Assembly (NCBI GenBank): GCA_003567615.1
Contig: PWZC01000281.1
Location: 1-51,707 of the forward strand
DNA: 51,707 nt
Direction: 5' to 3'
DNA from: Gemmatimonadota bacterium
GTDB taxonomy: Bacteria > Gemmatimonadota > Gemmatimonadetes > Longimicrobiales > Gaopeijiaceae
The notes beneath the pieces were generated by a model. The model was not told the origin of the DNA. It ran no database searches and saw only the letters and a program-made list of their open reading frames with translations. Made by a program: the position numbers and the translations under genes. How positions within the stretch are numbered: position 1 is the first letter of the stretch; each line of letters opens with the position of its first letter. Shown piece by piece: positions 24,472-32,645 of this stretch.

Positions 24472-25604
24472 CGCCTGTGATCCTGCAGCGGTGCGACAAG
24501 TTCGTCGGGCGCACCATGAACTGGATGTATGATCACCTTCGGTGGCTGCCCCGCTACAAACCTCTGGTGCTGGCCGACCACCTGGTGAACCGGGACGAGT
24601 TTCCGGAACTGGAAGCCTGGAGGTGGAACGCCGAGACCTTGCCCCGCAGGGTGTGGCGGAAAATCAGGGGGGGGCGCCCGTTCCCCGTGGACCTCCACCA
24701 GCTCCGGAAGCAGCGGCCCCTGGTGCTGCACAGTCACTTCGGGTGGGTTGCCACCGGCGACCACGACCTTCGGCAGGCCCTGGATCTCCCCTGGGTGGTC
24801 GGGTTCTACGGTGCCGATGTCTATGAACTGCCCCACTTGGAGGAATGGTCCCATCGCCTGGAAAGGATCTTCGCCGATGCCACCCGCGTTCTACCGCTGG
24901 GGCCTCGCATGGGTCGGCGGTTGAAGGAGCTGGGCTGCCCTTCCCACAAGATCGTGGTCCACAATCTGGGGGTGGACGTGGATGCCCTGGGGTATCAGGA
25001 GCGGGTCCGGGAGCCGGACGAACCGTTGCGGCTCCTCTTCGCCGGCACGTTCCGCGAGAAGAAGGGCGTCCCGGACCTCATCGAGGCGTTGCATCTCCTT
25101 CGGAGCGACGGACAACCCGTCCACCTGGATCTTGTGGGCGAGGCCGCCGCGAAGCCCGGTGACGCCGAGACGGAGGCGGAGATCCTGGAAGGAATTCGAA
25201 GGTGGAAGCTGGATCCGGTGATCACGGCCCACCCCTTTCTCCCCTTCCAGGAGCTGGTTGCGTTGGCTCGCCGTTGTCATGTGCTCGTGACTCCCAGCGT
25301 CACGGCCTCCTCGGGAGACTCGGAGGGAACGGTGTTCATCATTCAGCAGATGATGGCCACCGGGATGCCGGTGGTGGCGACCCGACACGCCGACATTCCC
25401 TACACGTTCGGCGATCTGGCCGGGGCCCTGGTTCCGGAGCGCAACCCGGAAGCGTTGGCCACCGCGATCCGTCGGTACCTGGACGAACCGAGCGCCTTGG
25501 TCGAGGATGGTCTACGGTTTCGGCGCCACGCCGAGGAAAATCTGGATATCCGTTCCTCGGCGGAGGCCCTGGCCGGGATCTACGATCAGGTGCTCGCTCA
25601 GTAG
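24468..25604 (+). CDS. Family 4 (GT-B) glycosyltransferase
   Basis: LLFAGTFREKKGV, and an E-x7-E-like region GDSEGTVFIIQQMMATGMPVVATRH. The ATG overlaps the ABC stop (ATGA at 24468-24471). Confidence 0.82.
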   Translation: MTPVILQRCDKFVGRTMNWMYDHLRWLPRYKPLVLADHLVNRDEFPELEAWRWNAETLPRRVWRKIRGGRPFPVDLHQLRKQRPLVLHSHFGWVATGDHDLRQALDLPWVVGFYGADVYELPHLEEWSHRLERIFADATRVLPLGPRMGRRLKELGCPSHKIVVHNLGVDVDALGYQERVREPDEPLRLLFAGTFREKKGVPDLIEALHLLRSDGQPVHLDLVGEAAAKPGDAETEAEILEGIRRWKLDPVITAHPFLPFQELVALARRCHVLVTPSVTASSGDSEGTVFIIQQMMATGMPVVATRHADIPYTFGDLAGALVPERNPEALATAIRRYLDEPSALVEDGLRFRRHAEENLDIRSSAEALAGIYDQVLAQ

Positions 25605-25708
25605 TGGGAAGATCCCCGTCCTGACCAGGGAGGACACAAGGCCGTGGTCGCTGGGATGGGTGGCCCTGTGGGATGGGGTGGCCCTGAGGGGACCGTGACC
25701 CCTGGTCG

Positions 25709-27370
25709 CTAGACGGGAATGTCGTCGCACTCCGGCACGGGCGGCGTAAAGCCGTCGCCGTGATCCCATTCGAAGGCGTGTATCCTGCGGCCGGGGTCCA
25801 GGACGATCGCTTCGGTCAGCGACTCGATGACATCCGCTGATTCAGGGGATACCGACCAGGGTCGGCGCCAATGGTTGTCTTCCACCAGGATCAGCCCCGA
25901 AGGTCGGCATTGCACCACGAGCTTGATGGATGACGGGTGAGCCACCATGGGTCGATCGGTCTTCCAGTTGCGGCTGAAGGCCTCCCGGGGTAACCCGTCC
26001 TGGCTCCTTCCAAGATAATTGGCCGAGACGATCAGGTCGTTGCGTCCCAGGAAATAGACTGCCTTCAACTCGGTGGAGGTAAGGACCACCGAGACCGCTT
26101 CGATCCGGTCACCAAGGTCATGGGACACGCCCCGCCAGTCGGCTTCTCCCCGGTAACGAATGTCGAAAGGCCAGTCGGCATCGTCACCCGCCACCATTCT
26201 CGCCGTGTAGGACGAGGCCGGGTTTCCCCAGGCGGCGAAGGCCACACCGAAAAGGAGGGCCACTCCGCCCACGAGGGTGGCGGCCCGGGCTTGCAGCCAG
26301 GGCTGGAAGAAAGCTTGGAACTCGGTGAGCAGACGGCGAAGGAGGGGGCCCACCACCACTCCGGTGATGGCAAAGAAGAAGGGGAGAGCGTAGAAGACGT
26401 AGCGGGTCGCGTTCTGGGGGGCCAGGGTGTGCACACCCATCACAAGCACGAAGATCGTGAGCCACAGGGAGACAGGCCGAGCGTTTCGCCGCAGCGCCAC
26501 GACGGCCACCAGGGGAAAGGGGGCCCAGAGCAGGGGGAAGTGTGAGAGGAGGTAGTAATGATAGAATCTCAGGTTCGCCTCCTGTCCTTCTGCCCATACA
26601 TCCACGTGCTGGAATGCATCCCTCGCCCCTCGCAGGGTACCGGACATCTGGAGCCAGACCAGGGCCCCCAGCCCCGCCAGTGCTATGACAAAGACGGGGA
26701 CCCGATAGGTGCGAAGGGGACGACCGCTTCCCAGGGCTTGCCAACCGAGCAGGATCAGGAGCCAGGCGGCGATTCCCGAAAGCCCCACCAGCGAGCTGAT
26801 CTGTACATTCATGGCTGCCGCCCCCAGCACCACCGCCCCCCCTGCCAGGAACCAGCCCCTCGGACGATGCCATGGCCGCGCCGGACCCGTCACCAGCGCG
26901 TAGGCGCACCAGGCGGCCCCTACGACGCAGAGGGCCTGGACGGAGTAGAAACGGGCAAGCTGGGAGTGATAGATCGCCTGGGGTGCCAGCAGGAGAAGCA
27001 GACCGGCCGTCCACCCTTCCCAACGCCCTGCCGCTGTGCGGACCCAGAGGAAGGTGATCACGACCAGGAGGGTGCCGGCTACCACCGCCGGTATGCGGGC
27101 CGCGACGAGGCTTTCACCGAATGCCAGGTAGGAGGCGGCCACCATCCAGGTGAAGAGGGGGGCCCGGGTGTATTCGTGGGCGCTGTCGATGAGGGGGGCG
27201 CCCTGGCTCAGGAGCGAGGAGGCGGCCATCACGTGGTTCAGCTCGTCCACATACGAAGTGTGGTCGAGGTTCAACAGGCGGAGGATCAGTGCCACTATCG
27301 CAAGAAGCCCGGCCTCCAGTATCAGCCGACGACGGCCGGTCCCCGTCTCCTCGTTCTTCACCGCCCTCAT
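25709..27370 (-). CDS. GT-C fold membrane glycosyltransferase (ArnT / PMT_2 family-like, polyprenyl-phosphate-sugar dependent)
   Basis: More than 10 predicted TM helices. First-loop acidic motif SYVDELNH. Soluble C-terminal domain. Start trimmed to ATG 27370, overlapping the upstream stop (ATGA at 27367-27370). The remainder of the 754-aa track ORF is a Gly/Arg/Pro-rich artefact overlapping the upstream gene. Confidence 0.78.
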   Translation of the reverse strand: MRAVKNEETGTGRRRLILEAGLLAIVALILRLLNLDHTSYVDELNHVMAASSLLSQGAPLIDSAHEYTRAPLFTWMVAASYLAFGESLVAARIPAVVAGTLLVVITFLWVRTAAGRWEGWTAGLLLLLAPQAIYHSQLARFYSVQALCVVGAAWCAYALVTGPARPWHRPRGWFLAGGAVVLGAAAMNVQISSLVGLSGIAAWLLILLGWQALGSGRPLRTYRVPVFVIALAGLGALVWLQMSGTLRGARDAFQHVDVWAEGQEANLRFYHYYLLSHFPLLWAPFPLVAVVALRRNARPVSLWLTIFVLVMGVHTLAPQNATRYVFYALPFFFAITGVVVGPLLRRLLTEFQAFFQPWLQARAATLVGGVALLFGVAFAAWGNPASSYTARMVAGDDADWPFDIRYRGEADWRGVSHDLGDRIEAVSVVLTSTELKAVYFLGRNDLIVSANYLGRSQDGLPREAFSRNWKTDRPMVAHPSSIKLVVQCRPSGLILVEDNHWRRPWSVSPESADVIESLTEAIVLDPGRRIHAFEWDHGDGFTPPVPECDDIPV

Positions 27371-28440
27371 GGCTTCCAATCCGAATCCGGATCCAACGGG
27401 GGGTACCCGACGCGTTCGGGTTCCTGGGCCGTCGACCGATCCCGGCTCCGCTCCCTGGCCGGTGCGTTCACATGGACGATGACCTCGCCCACCAGCCCCA
27501 GGGCGATGGCCTGGACGCCCAGGATCACCAGGAGTGTGCCGAGCAGGAGCAAGGGGCGGTCTGCGATGGCCTGTCCGCCGATCCGTTGGACGGCCAGGAC
27601 CACCAGGATGGCACCGCCAAGGAGGATCCCCCCGCTCCCCACCAGGCCGAAGAATCGGAGCGGTTTGTCGGTGAAGCGCATGAGGAAGTAGAGACCGAGG
27701 ACATCCAGCACCCGGCGGAGGTACACGCCGGGTCCATAGATCCGTGGCTGCCGGTCGCCGGGATGCTGAGCGGCCTCCACCTCCACCACCTCGAATCCGG
27801 CCCGAAGTGCCAGGAGGGGGAGAAACCGATGGAAGTCGCCATAGAAGGGGAGAACGTCGAAGACCTCCCGGTGGATGGCCCGGACCCCGCACGCCACATC
27901 CTTGATCTGGCCCCCACTCCCCACCGATGTCAGGAGCAGGTGGAAGACACGGTTCTGAAGTCGATTCAGCCACGAGTCCCGACGGGGCCAGCGCCTGGCC
28001 ACCGCCATGGGCTTGCCCTCCAGGACCGGTGCCAACAATGCAGGGAGTCGGTCCGGCTCAATCCGGGGGTAGGGTGGAAGGGTCAACAGAATGCTGTGGT
28101 TTGCCCGTTCCGCCCCCGCCCGGATCAACCCTGTGTCGCCGATGGGATGACTCGTCTGTAGCACCTGGATCGGTTCCCCTTCCTTTCGCAGCTCTTCCAG
28201 GGGAAGGGTCAACTCCTGGAATTTCGGCTCTACGATGAAGATGAATTCAAAGGTGAGGGACTCCTGCCTCAGTGGTGCCGAGTACTCTGCGTAGATCCAC
28301 TCGAGCGCCGAGGGACGCTCACTCACCGGGACGAGGACCGAGATGGCCGGTTTGTGCCGGGCGGTGGGTTCTGCCCCTTCCCGGCTCTGGCCGGACCCGG
28401 CGGCTTCCCCGTTGAGAGCACGTGTCCCGGTGGGCTTCAT
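27367..28440 (-). CDS. GT2-like membrane-anchored protein related to polyprenyl-phosphate glycosyltransferases, but with degenerate catalytic motifs
   Basis: ISVLVPVSERPS (beta1) and C-terminal TM helices (FFGLVGSGGILLGGAILVVLAV, LLLLGTLLVILGVQAIALGLVGEV), as in GtrB/ArnC. However IFIVEPKF replaces the DDGS block and LLTLPPYPRIE replaces the D-x-D block. Confidence 0.65.
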   Translation of the reverse strand: MKPTGTRALNGEAAGSGQSREGAEPTARHKPAISVLVPVSERPSALEWIYAEYSAPLRQESLTFEFIFIVEPKFQELTLPLEELRKEGEPIQVLQTSHPIGDTGLIRAGAERANHSILLTLPPYPRIEPDRLPALLAPVLEGKPMAVARRWPRRDSWLNRLQNRVFHLLLTSVGSGGQIKDVACGVRAIHREVFDVLPFYGDFHRFLPLLALRAGFEVVEVEAAQHPGDRQPRIYGPGVYLRRVLDVLGLYFLMRFTDKPLRFFGLVGSGGILLGGAILVVLAVQRIGGQAIADRPLLLLGTLLVILGVQAIALGLVGEVIVHVNAPARERSRDRSTAQEPERVGYPPLDPDSDWKP

Positions 28441-29408
28441 TGAGATCGCTCCCCAGGACCCTCAGGTGCACCAGCCGGTCGGAGGAGGTACGATGTTGCC
28501 GGCATACGCTCCCGAGCGTGGAATACCGCCGCCTCTGCCAGTAGCCCCAGCATGACCAGGTACGCTGCCAGTCCCGTCAGCAGGGCTGTGACGGTGGGAA
28601 AGACCATGGAGAGTTGGCCCATTTCGATAGCGGTGAGGGCAGAGCGGACCCCGAAGGCCGCAGCTAGGGCGAAGGTCAGGAGTGCGGCGGAGACGTAGGG
28701 AACCAGGGGACGTTCCCGGAACGAACGGATCATGGTGAGGACAAGCAGATCCGAGACAACCTTCCAGGTGCGGGAGAGTCCGTACTTGCTCCGGCCCGAC
28801 CTCCGGGCATGATGTCGGACCGGAACCTCGGTGACCCTTGCCCCTGCCGTCGATACCGCCAGCGCGGGGATGAAGCGGGGGAAGTCCGCGTACAGATAGA
28901 GCCGGTCCACGAGCTCCCGCCGATACGCCTTCAGCGAGCACCCATTGTCCCGGATGGAGACGCCGGTGATCCACCGAATGATCCGGTTGGCCACCACTGA
29001 GGGGATCCGCCGGGTGATCATGGGATCCTTCCGCTCCTCTCGGAAGCCGGTTACCAGATCGAATCCCTCGTACAAGGTTCGCACCAGCCGAGGGATGTCG
29101 GCCGGATCGTTCTGGAGATCTCCGTCCATGGTCACCACTGCATCGCCTCGGGCCTCCCGAAGTCCGGTCCGAAGCGCCGCCGTCTGCCCCCGGTTCCGGG
29201 GGAGGATGATGGCGCGGATTCGGTCATCGTCGCCGGCGGCCCGTTCCAGCTCCTCCCGGGTCCCGTCGGTGCTCCCATCGTCCACCACGATCAGCTCCCA
29301 GGGGCCTTCCGGTTCCAGCGCCAACCGAACCGCCTCAACCACGGGGCGCACGTTTCCCACCTCGTTGTACATGGGAACGACCACGGAGAGCAGGTTGGGC
29401 CAGATCAT
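28437..29408 (-). CDS. Polyprenyl-phosphate glycosyltransferase (GT2; GtrB/ArnC/DPM1-like)
   Basis: LSVVVPMYNE, LIVVDDGSTDGT, RNRGQTAAL..G, VVTMDGDLQNDP, two C-terminal TM helices. Start trimmed to ATG 29408, overlapping the AsnB stop (ATGA at 29405-29408). Confidence 0.88.
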   Translation of the reverse strand: MIWPNLLSVVVPMYNEVGNVRPVVEAVRLALEPEGPWELIVVDDGSTDGTREELERAAGDDDRIRAIILPRNRGQTAALRTGLREARGDAVVTMDGDLQNDPADIPRLVRTLYEGFDLVTGFREERKDPMITRRIPSVVANRIIRWITGVSIRDNGCSLKAYRRELVDRLYLYADFPRFIPALAVSTAGARVTEVPVRHHARRSGRSKYGLSRTWKVVSDLLVLTMIRSFRERPLVPYVSAALLTFALAAAFGVRSALTAIEMGQLSMVFPTVTALLTGLAAYLVMLGLLAEAAVFHARERMPATSYLLRPAGAPEGPGERSQ

Positions 29409-31441
29409 GGCGTTGGGTCCGGGGAGAGGGACTCGGACGTGTCCGCATCTCGGGTGCAGAAAGTGGACCAGCCGGACGCGGCACCCCGCTCCAGATGCCG
29501 AAGCGAGAGCTCCAGGCTCATGAGGCACCAGAGCCGATGAGCGTGGTTGTGGAGCCCATTGAGGTGTTGCCGCCGCAGTACCGCCCCCTCGCGCCCATCA
29601 AACCAGCCTCGCTGGAGCACCCCTTCGAGGAGGTCGTCCATGAGCGGGCGCAGGGGACCCCGCAGCCAGTTCTTCATGGGAATGCTGAAGCCTTCCTTCC
29701 CCTTTCGGATCGTCTCGGGGGGGAGCAAACCTCGCATGGCTTCCCTCAGGATCCACTTGGGCTGACGGGCACCCAGCTTCCAGGCGTCGGGGAGGGCCAT
29801 GGCGAACTCCACAAACCGGTGGTCCAGAAAGGGGACCCGGGCCTCGAGGGAAACCGCCATGGACATCCGGTCCACCTTGGTGAGGATGTCGTCAGGTAGG
29901 TAACCGGACAGGTCGCTGTGGAGCCGGGCCGCCAGGCCGGCGAACCCCCGGTCTCGGGCCTGGTCCAGGAGGCCGCGATAATGGGCGAAGCAGTCCCGAC
30001 CTCGGAGGGCTTCGGCCAGCTCACCCGCGATGAGGGCTCGCCGCTGGGACAGGTCCCAGAATACCCACCAGCGAGCATGCTCCAGGTCCGACGGTCGAGC
30101 GGCTCCCTCCGCAAAGCGCTTGGCCAGGTTCACCGGTCCCTTCTTGCGGGGCGACGGTGGTATCCGGGTCAGCAACCGGTCCGCAAACTGCCATCCCCAG
30201 CGTCCACCCAGCCAGCGCAGTCGGCGCTGCCACTGGTGCGCGCGGTAGCAGTCGTAGCCGGCGAAGAGCTCATCGCCCCCGTCTCCGGAGAGGGCCACCG
30301 TCACCTCGGTCCGTGCCAGCTTCGAGAGGAGAAAGGTTGGGAACGCGGAGACGTCGGCGAAGGGTTCGTCGAAGAGACCCGCCAGGTCGCCGGCGAGCTC
30401 CGAGATCTCCGGTCCCACCTCTCCTTCCCGGTGCCAGGTGCCGACGTGGTCGGCCACCAGCCTAGCCCACGGCCGTTCATCCCACGAGGGTTCAGCGAAT
30501 CCCAGGGCGAAGGTCCGAAGTGGGCTCCCCTCATGGGAGGCGCCCGGCGGGCCTGGTTGGCGGAGGTGCCCCCCAAGGTGCCCCTGCATGAGGGCCACGA
30601 TGGAGCTGGAGTCGATTCCCCCCGAGAGGAATGCCCCCAGGGGGACGTCCGCCTCCATCCGGAGCCGCACGGCATCATCCAGTCGGCTCCGGAGCGCCTC
30701 CGCACCGGCCCGGGGTGAGGCCAGGGCGGCCCTCACCTCAGCCGGATCCCCCATCCCGGCCTCCAGCCGCCAGAAGTGGGACTCCTCGCGGGTCCCTGGA
30801 CGGTCCCGGTCCAGTGCGACCCGGGAGCCGGCCCGGAGCTTCTCCACCCCCTGCACCACGGTGGAGGGAGTAGGCACGTACTCGTAGGTCAGGAAGTCGT
30901 CCACGGCCTCCAGGTTCCACTTCAGGGGGACCAGCCCCGACGCCATGACGGCCTTCAACTCAGAGCCGAAGACGATCCCCTCCCGCCCCTCGAAGAGGTA
31001 AAGGGGCTTGATTCCCAGACGGTCCCGGGCCAGGAACATCCGGCCTCGGCGGCGGTCATAGAGGGCCAGGGCAAACATCCCGTTCAGTCGCTGGGGAAGG
31101 TCCTCGGCCCACTCTTCCCAGCCGTGGACCAAAACCTCGGTGTCGGAGTCGGTGCGGAAGCGGTGTCCCCGATCCTGCAGCTCCCTGCGTAGCTCCCCAT
31201 GGTTGTAGATCTCCCCGTTGAAGACCACATGGACTGACCCGTCCTCGTTGGTCATGGGCTGGGAACCGCCGGCGGGATCGATGACCCGGAGGCGCCGTAT
31301 GCCCAGCCCTACCGGTCCATCGAGATGGAATCCCTCTTCGTCGGGCCCCCGGTGGATGAGCGTCGAGATCATCCGCCGAAGGGTGTTCAGCTTCGCAGGG
31401 CGGCCCGAACGGAGGTGCCAGAAACCTGCGATCCCGCACAT
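29405..31441 (-). CDS. Asparagine synthetase B-family glutamine amidotransferase (canonical, polysaccharide-locus associated)
   Basis: MCGIAGFWH (Cys2 nucleophile), HRGPDEEG, FNGEIYNH.ELR.EL, PP-loop AFLSGGIDSSSIVALM. Start trimmed to ATG 31441, which follows the upstream stop by 1 nt (TGAAATG). Confidence 0.9.
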   Translation of the reverse strand: MCGIAGFWHLRSGRPAKLNTLRRMISTLIHRGPDEEGFHLDGPVGLGIRRLRVIDPAGGSQPMTNEDGSVHVVFNGEIYNHGELRRELQDRGHRFRTDSDTEVLVHGWEEWAEDLPQRLNGMFALALYDRRRGRMFLARDRLGIKPLYLFEGREGIVFGSELKAVMASGLVPLKWNLEAVDDFLTYEYVPTPSTVVQGVEKLRAGSRVALDRDRPGTREESHFWRLEAGMGDPAEVRAALASPRAGAEALRSRLDDAVRLRMEADVPLGAFLSGGIDSSSIVALMQGHLGGHLRQPGPPGASHEGSPLRTFALGFAEPSWDERPWARLVADHVGTWHREGEVGPEISELAGDLAGLFDEPFADVSAFPTFLLSKLARTEVTVALSGDGGDELFAGYDCYRAHQWQRRLRWLGGRWGWQFADRLLTRIPPSPRKKGPVNLAKRFAEGAARPSDLEHARWWVFWDLSQRRALIAGELAEALRGRDCFAHYRGLLDQARDRGFAGLAARLHSDLSGYLPDDILTKVDRMSMAVSLEARVPFLDHRFVEFAMALPDAWKLGARQPKWILREAMRGLLPPETIRKGKEGFSIPMKNWLRGPLRPLMDDLLEGVLQRGWFDGREGAVLRRQHLNGLHNHAHRLWCLMSLELSLRHLERGAASGWSTFCTRDADTSESLSPDPTP

Positions 31442-31442
31442 T

Positions 31443-32645
31443 TCAGCCCACCTCCTGCCGAAGTCGCGTGCCGGCCACCGCTGCGACGACGCGCTGAACC
31501 CGTGTGTGGTATCGGAGGTCACCGTACTGCTCCCGGGCGACCTCTTCGGCGGTCTCCGCCAGCATCCGGGCCCGCTCGGGGTCGGCGAGGACGGCCTCGA
31601 TCCCCTCCGCAATGGCTTCCGGGGTAGGATCGACCAGTTGGGCCGAGGAGTCATCCAGGACCTGGGTGTGCGACGGGATCCGGGTGGCCACGATGGGCCG
31701 GCCGGCCCTTAGGTACTGGTAGATTTTGAGTGGGGTGTTGGTCCCCCGACTCCGGGTCGTGATCAGGATATCGGCGAGCTGCTGGTGAAGGGGAACGCCC
31801 CGGGGGGGAACCGCGGGAATGGCGACCAGTGCCTCCTCGAGTCCACGCGTCCTGGCCTGGCCGGCGAGCCGTGCGCTCTGCTCGGCGGTGCCGCCCACCA
31901 CGAGGATCCGGAGCCCGGGATGCCTGCTGCAGGCGAGCTCCGCCGCCGCGAGGAGGAGGTCCAGTCCCTGGTAGTGTTCCAGCGAGCCGGTGTAAGCCAC
32001 CACGGGCCCGGAGCCCAGCCCCAACTCCTGACGGCGGTCCCGGATATCGCCTTCCCGGAGTGGGGGAGAGGGGAGCTCCAGCGTGTTTTCGATGATCTCC
32101 AGCGGTCCCGAGTAGCCTACCTCCCGGGCCCGGTCTCCCAGAGCGGGGCAGATGGCAATCACTCCGTCCGCGCCTTCCAGGGTGTAGCGCTCGAGCCGTT
32201 CAAAGGTGCGTACCACCGGCGCCAGATCGTAGCGGCCGAAGTTGCGGAACTGCTGCGGGAGGCTTGAGTGCATATCGTAGAGGTGGGGAAGCCCGAGCCG
32301 TCGGCGCATGGCCGCTCCCCACGCTCCGGCCTCCTCATGGGTGTGTACCAGATCGTAGCCCCCGGTGCGAGCCATCCGCCAGGCCCGGACGAGGAGCGGT
32401 ACGTCCAGCGCCAGTTTGGCTGGCGAGGGGCCGATGCGCACGTCGTGAACCCCGGGAGGACGGCGAGCCCTCACGATCCGGAGGCCGTCCAACTCCACAT
32501 CCTCGCCGAAGGGATAGGTGACCAGATCAACCTGGTGTCCCCCGTGACCCACCAGGGAACGGATCCGGTGAAGAACGCTGAAGGGTGTGCCCCGGGGCCG
32601 GAGAAAGGGCTGGGGCGCCACCATGAGGATTCGGAGCGGTCTCAT
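31443..32645 (-). CDS. Family 4 (GT-B) glycosyltransferase
   Basis: MRPLRILMVAPQPF..PRGTPFSV; VAYTGSLEHYQGLDLLL; TNTPLKIYQYLRAGRPIVATR. Start trimmed to ATG 32645 (ATGA overlap with the upstream stop at 32642). Confidence 0.82.
   Translation of the reverse strand: MRPLRILMVAPQPFLRPRGTPFSVLHRIRSLVGHGGHQVDLVTYPFGEDVELDGLRIVRARRPPGVHDVRIGPSPAKLALDVPLLVRAWRMARTGGYDLVHTHEEAGAWGAAMRRRLGLPHLYDMHSSLPQQFRNFGRYDLAPVVRTFERLERYTLEGADGVIAICPALGDRAREVGYSGPLEIIENTLELPSPPLREGDIRDRRQELGLGSGPVVAYTGSLEHYQGLDLLLAAAELACSRHPGLRILVVGGTAEQSARLAGQARTRGLEEALVAIPAVPPRGVPLHQQLADILITTRSRGTNTPLKIYQYLRAGRPIVATRIPSHTQVLDDSSAQLVDPTPEAIAEGIEAVLADPERARMLAETAEEVAREQYGDLRYHTRVQRVVAAVAGTRLRQEVG

Noticed and set aside
25654-25686. 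Imperfect tandem direct repeat ggatgggtggccctg / ggatggggtggccctg, plus a weak 5-bp hairpin, between the convergent GT4 and GT-C genes
   Set aside because: Only two copies, short, with no U-tract. It could be a weak bidirectional terminator, but the evidence is insufficient.
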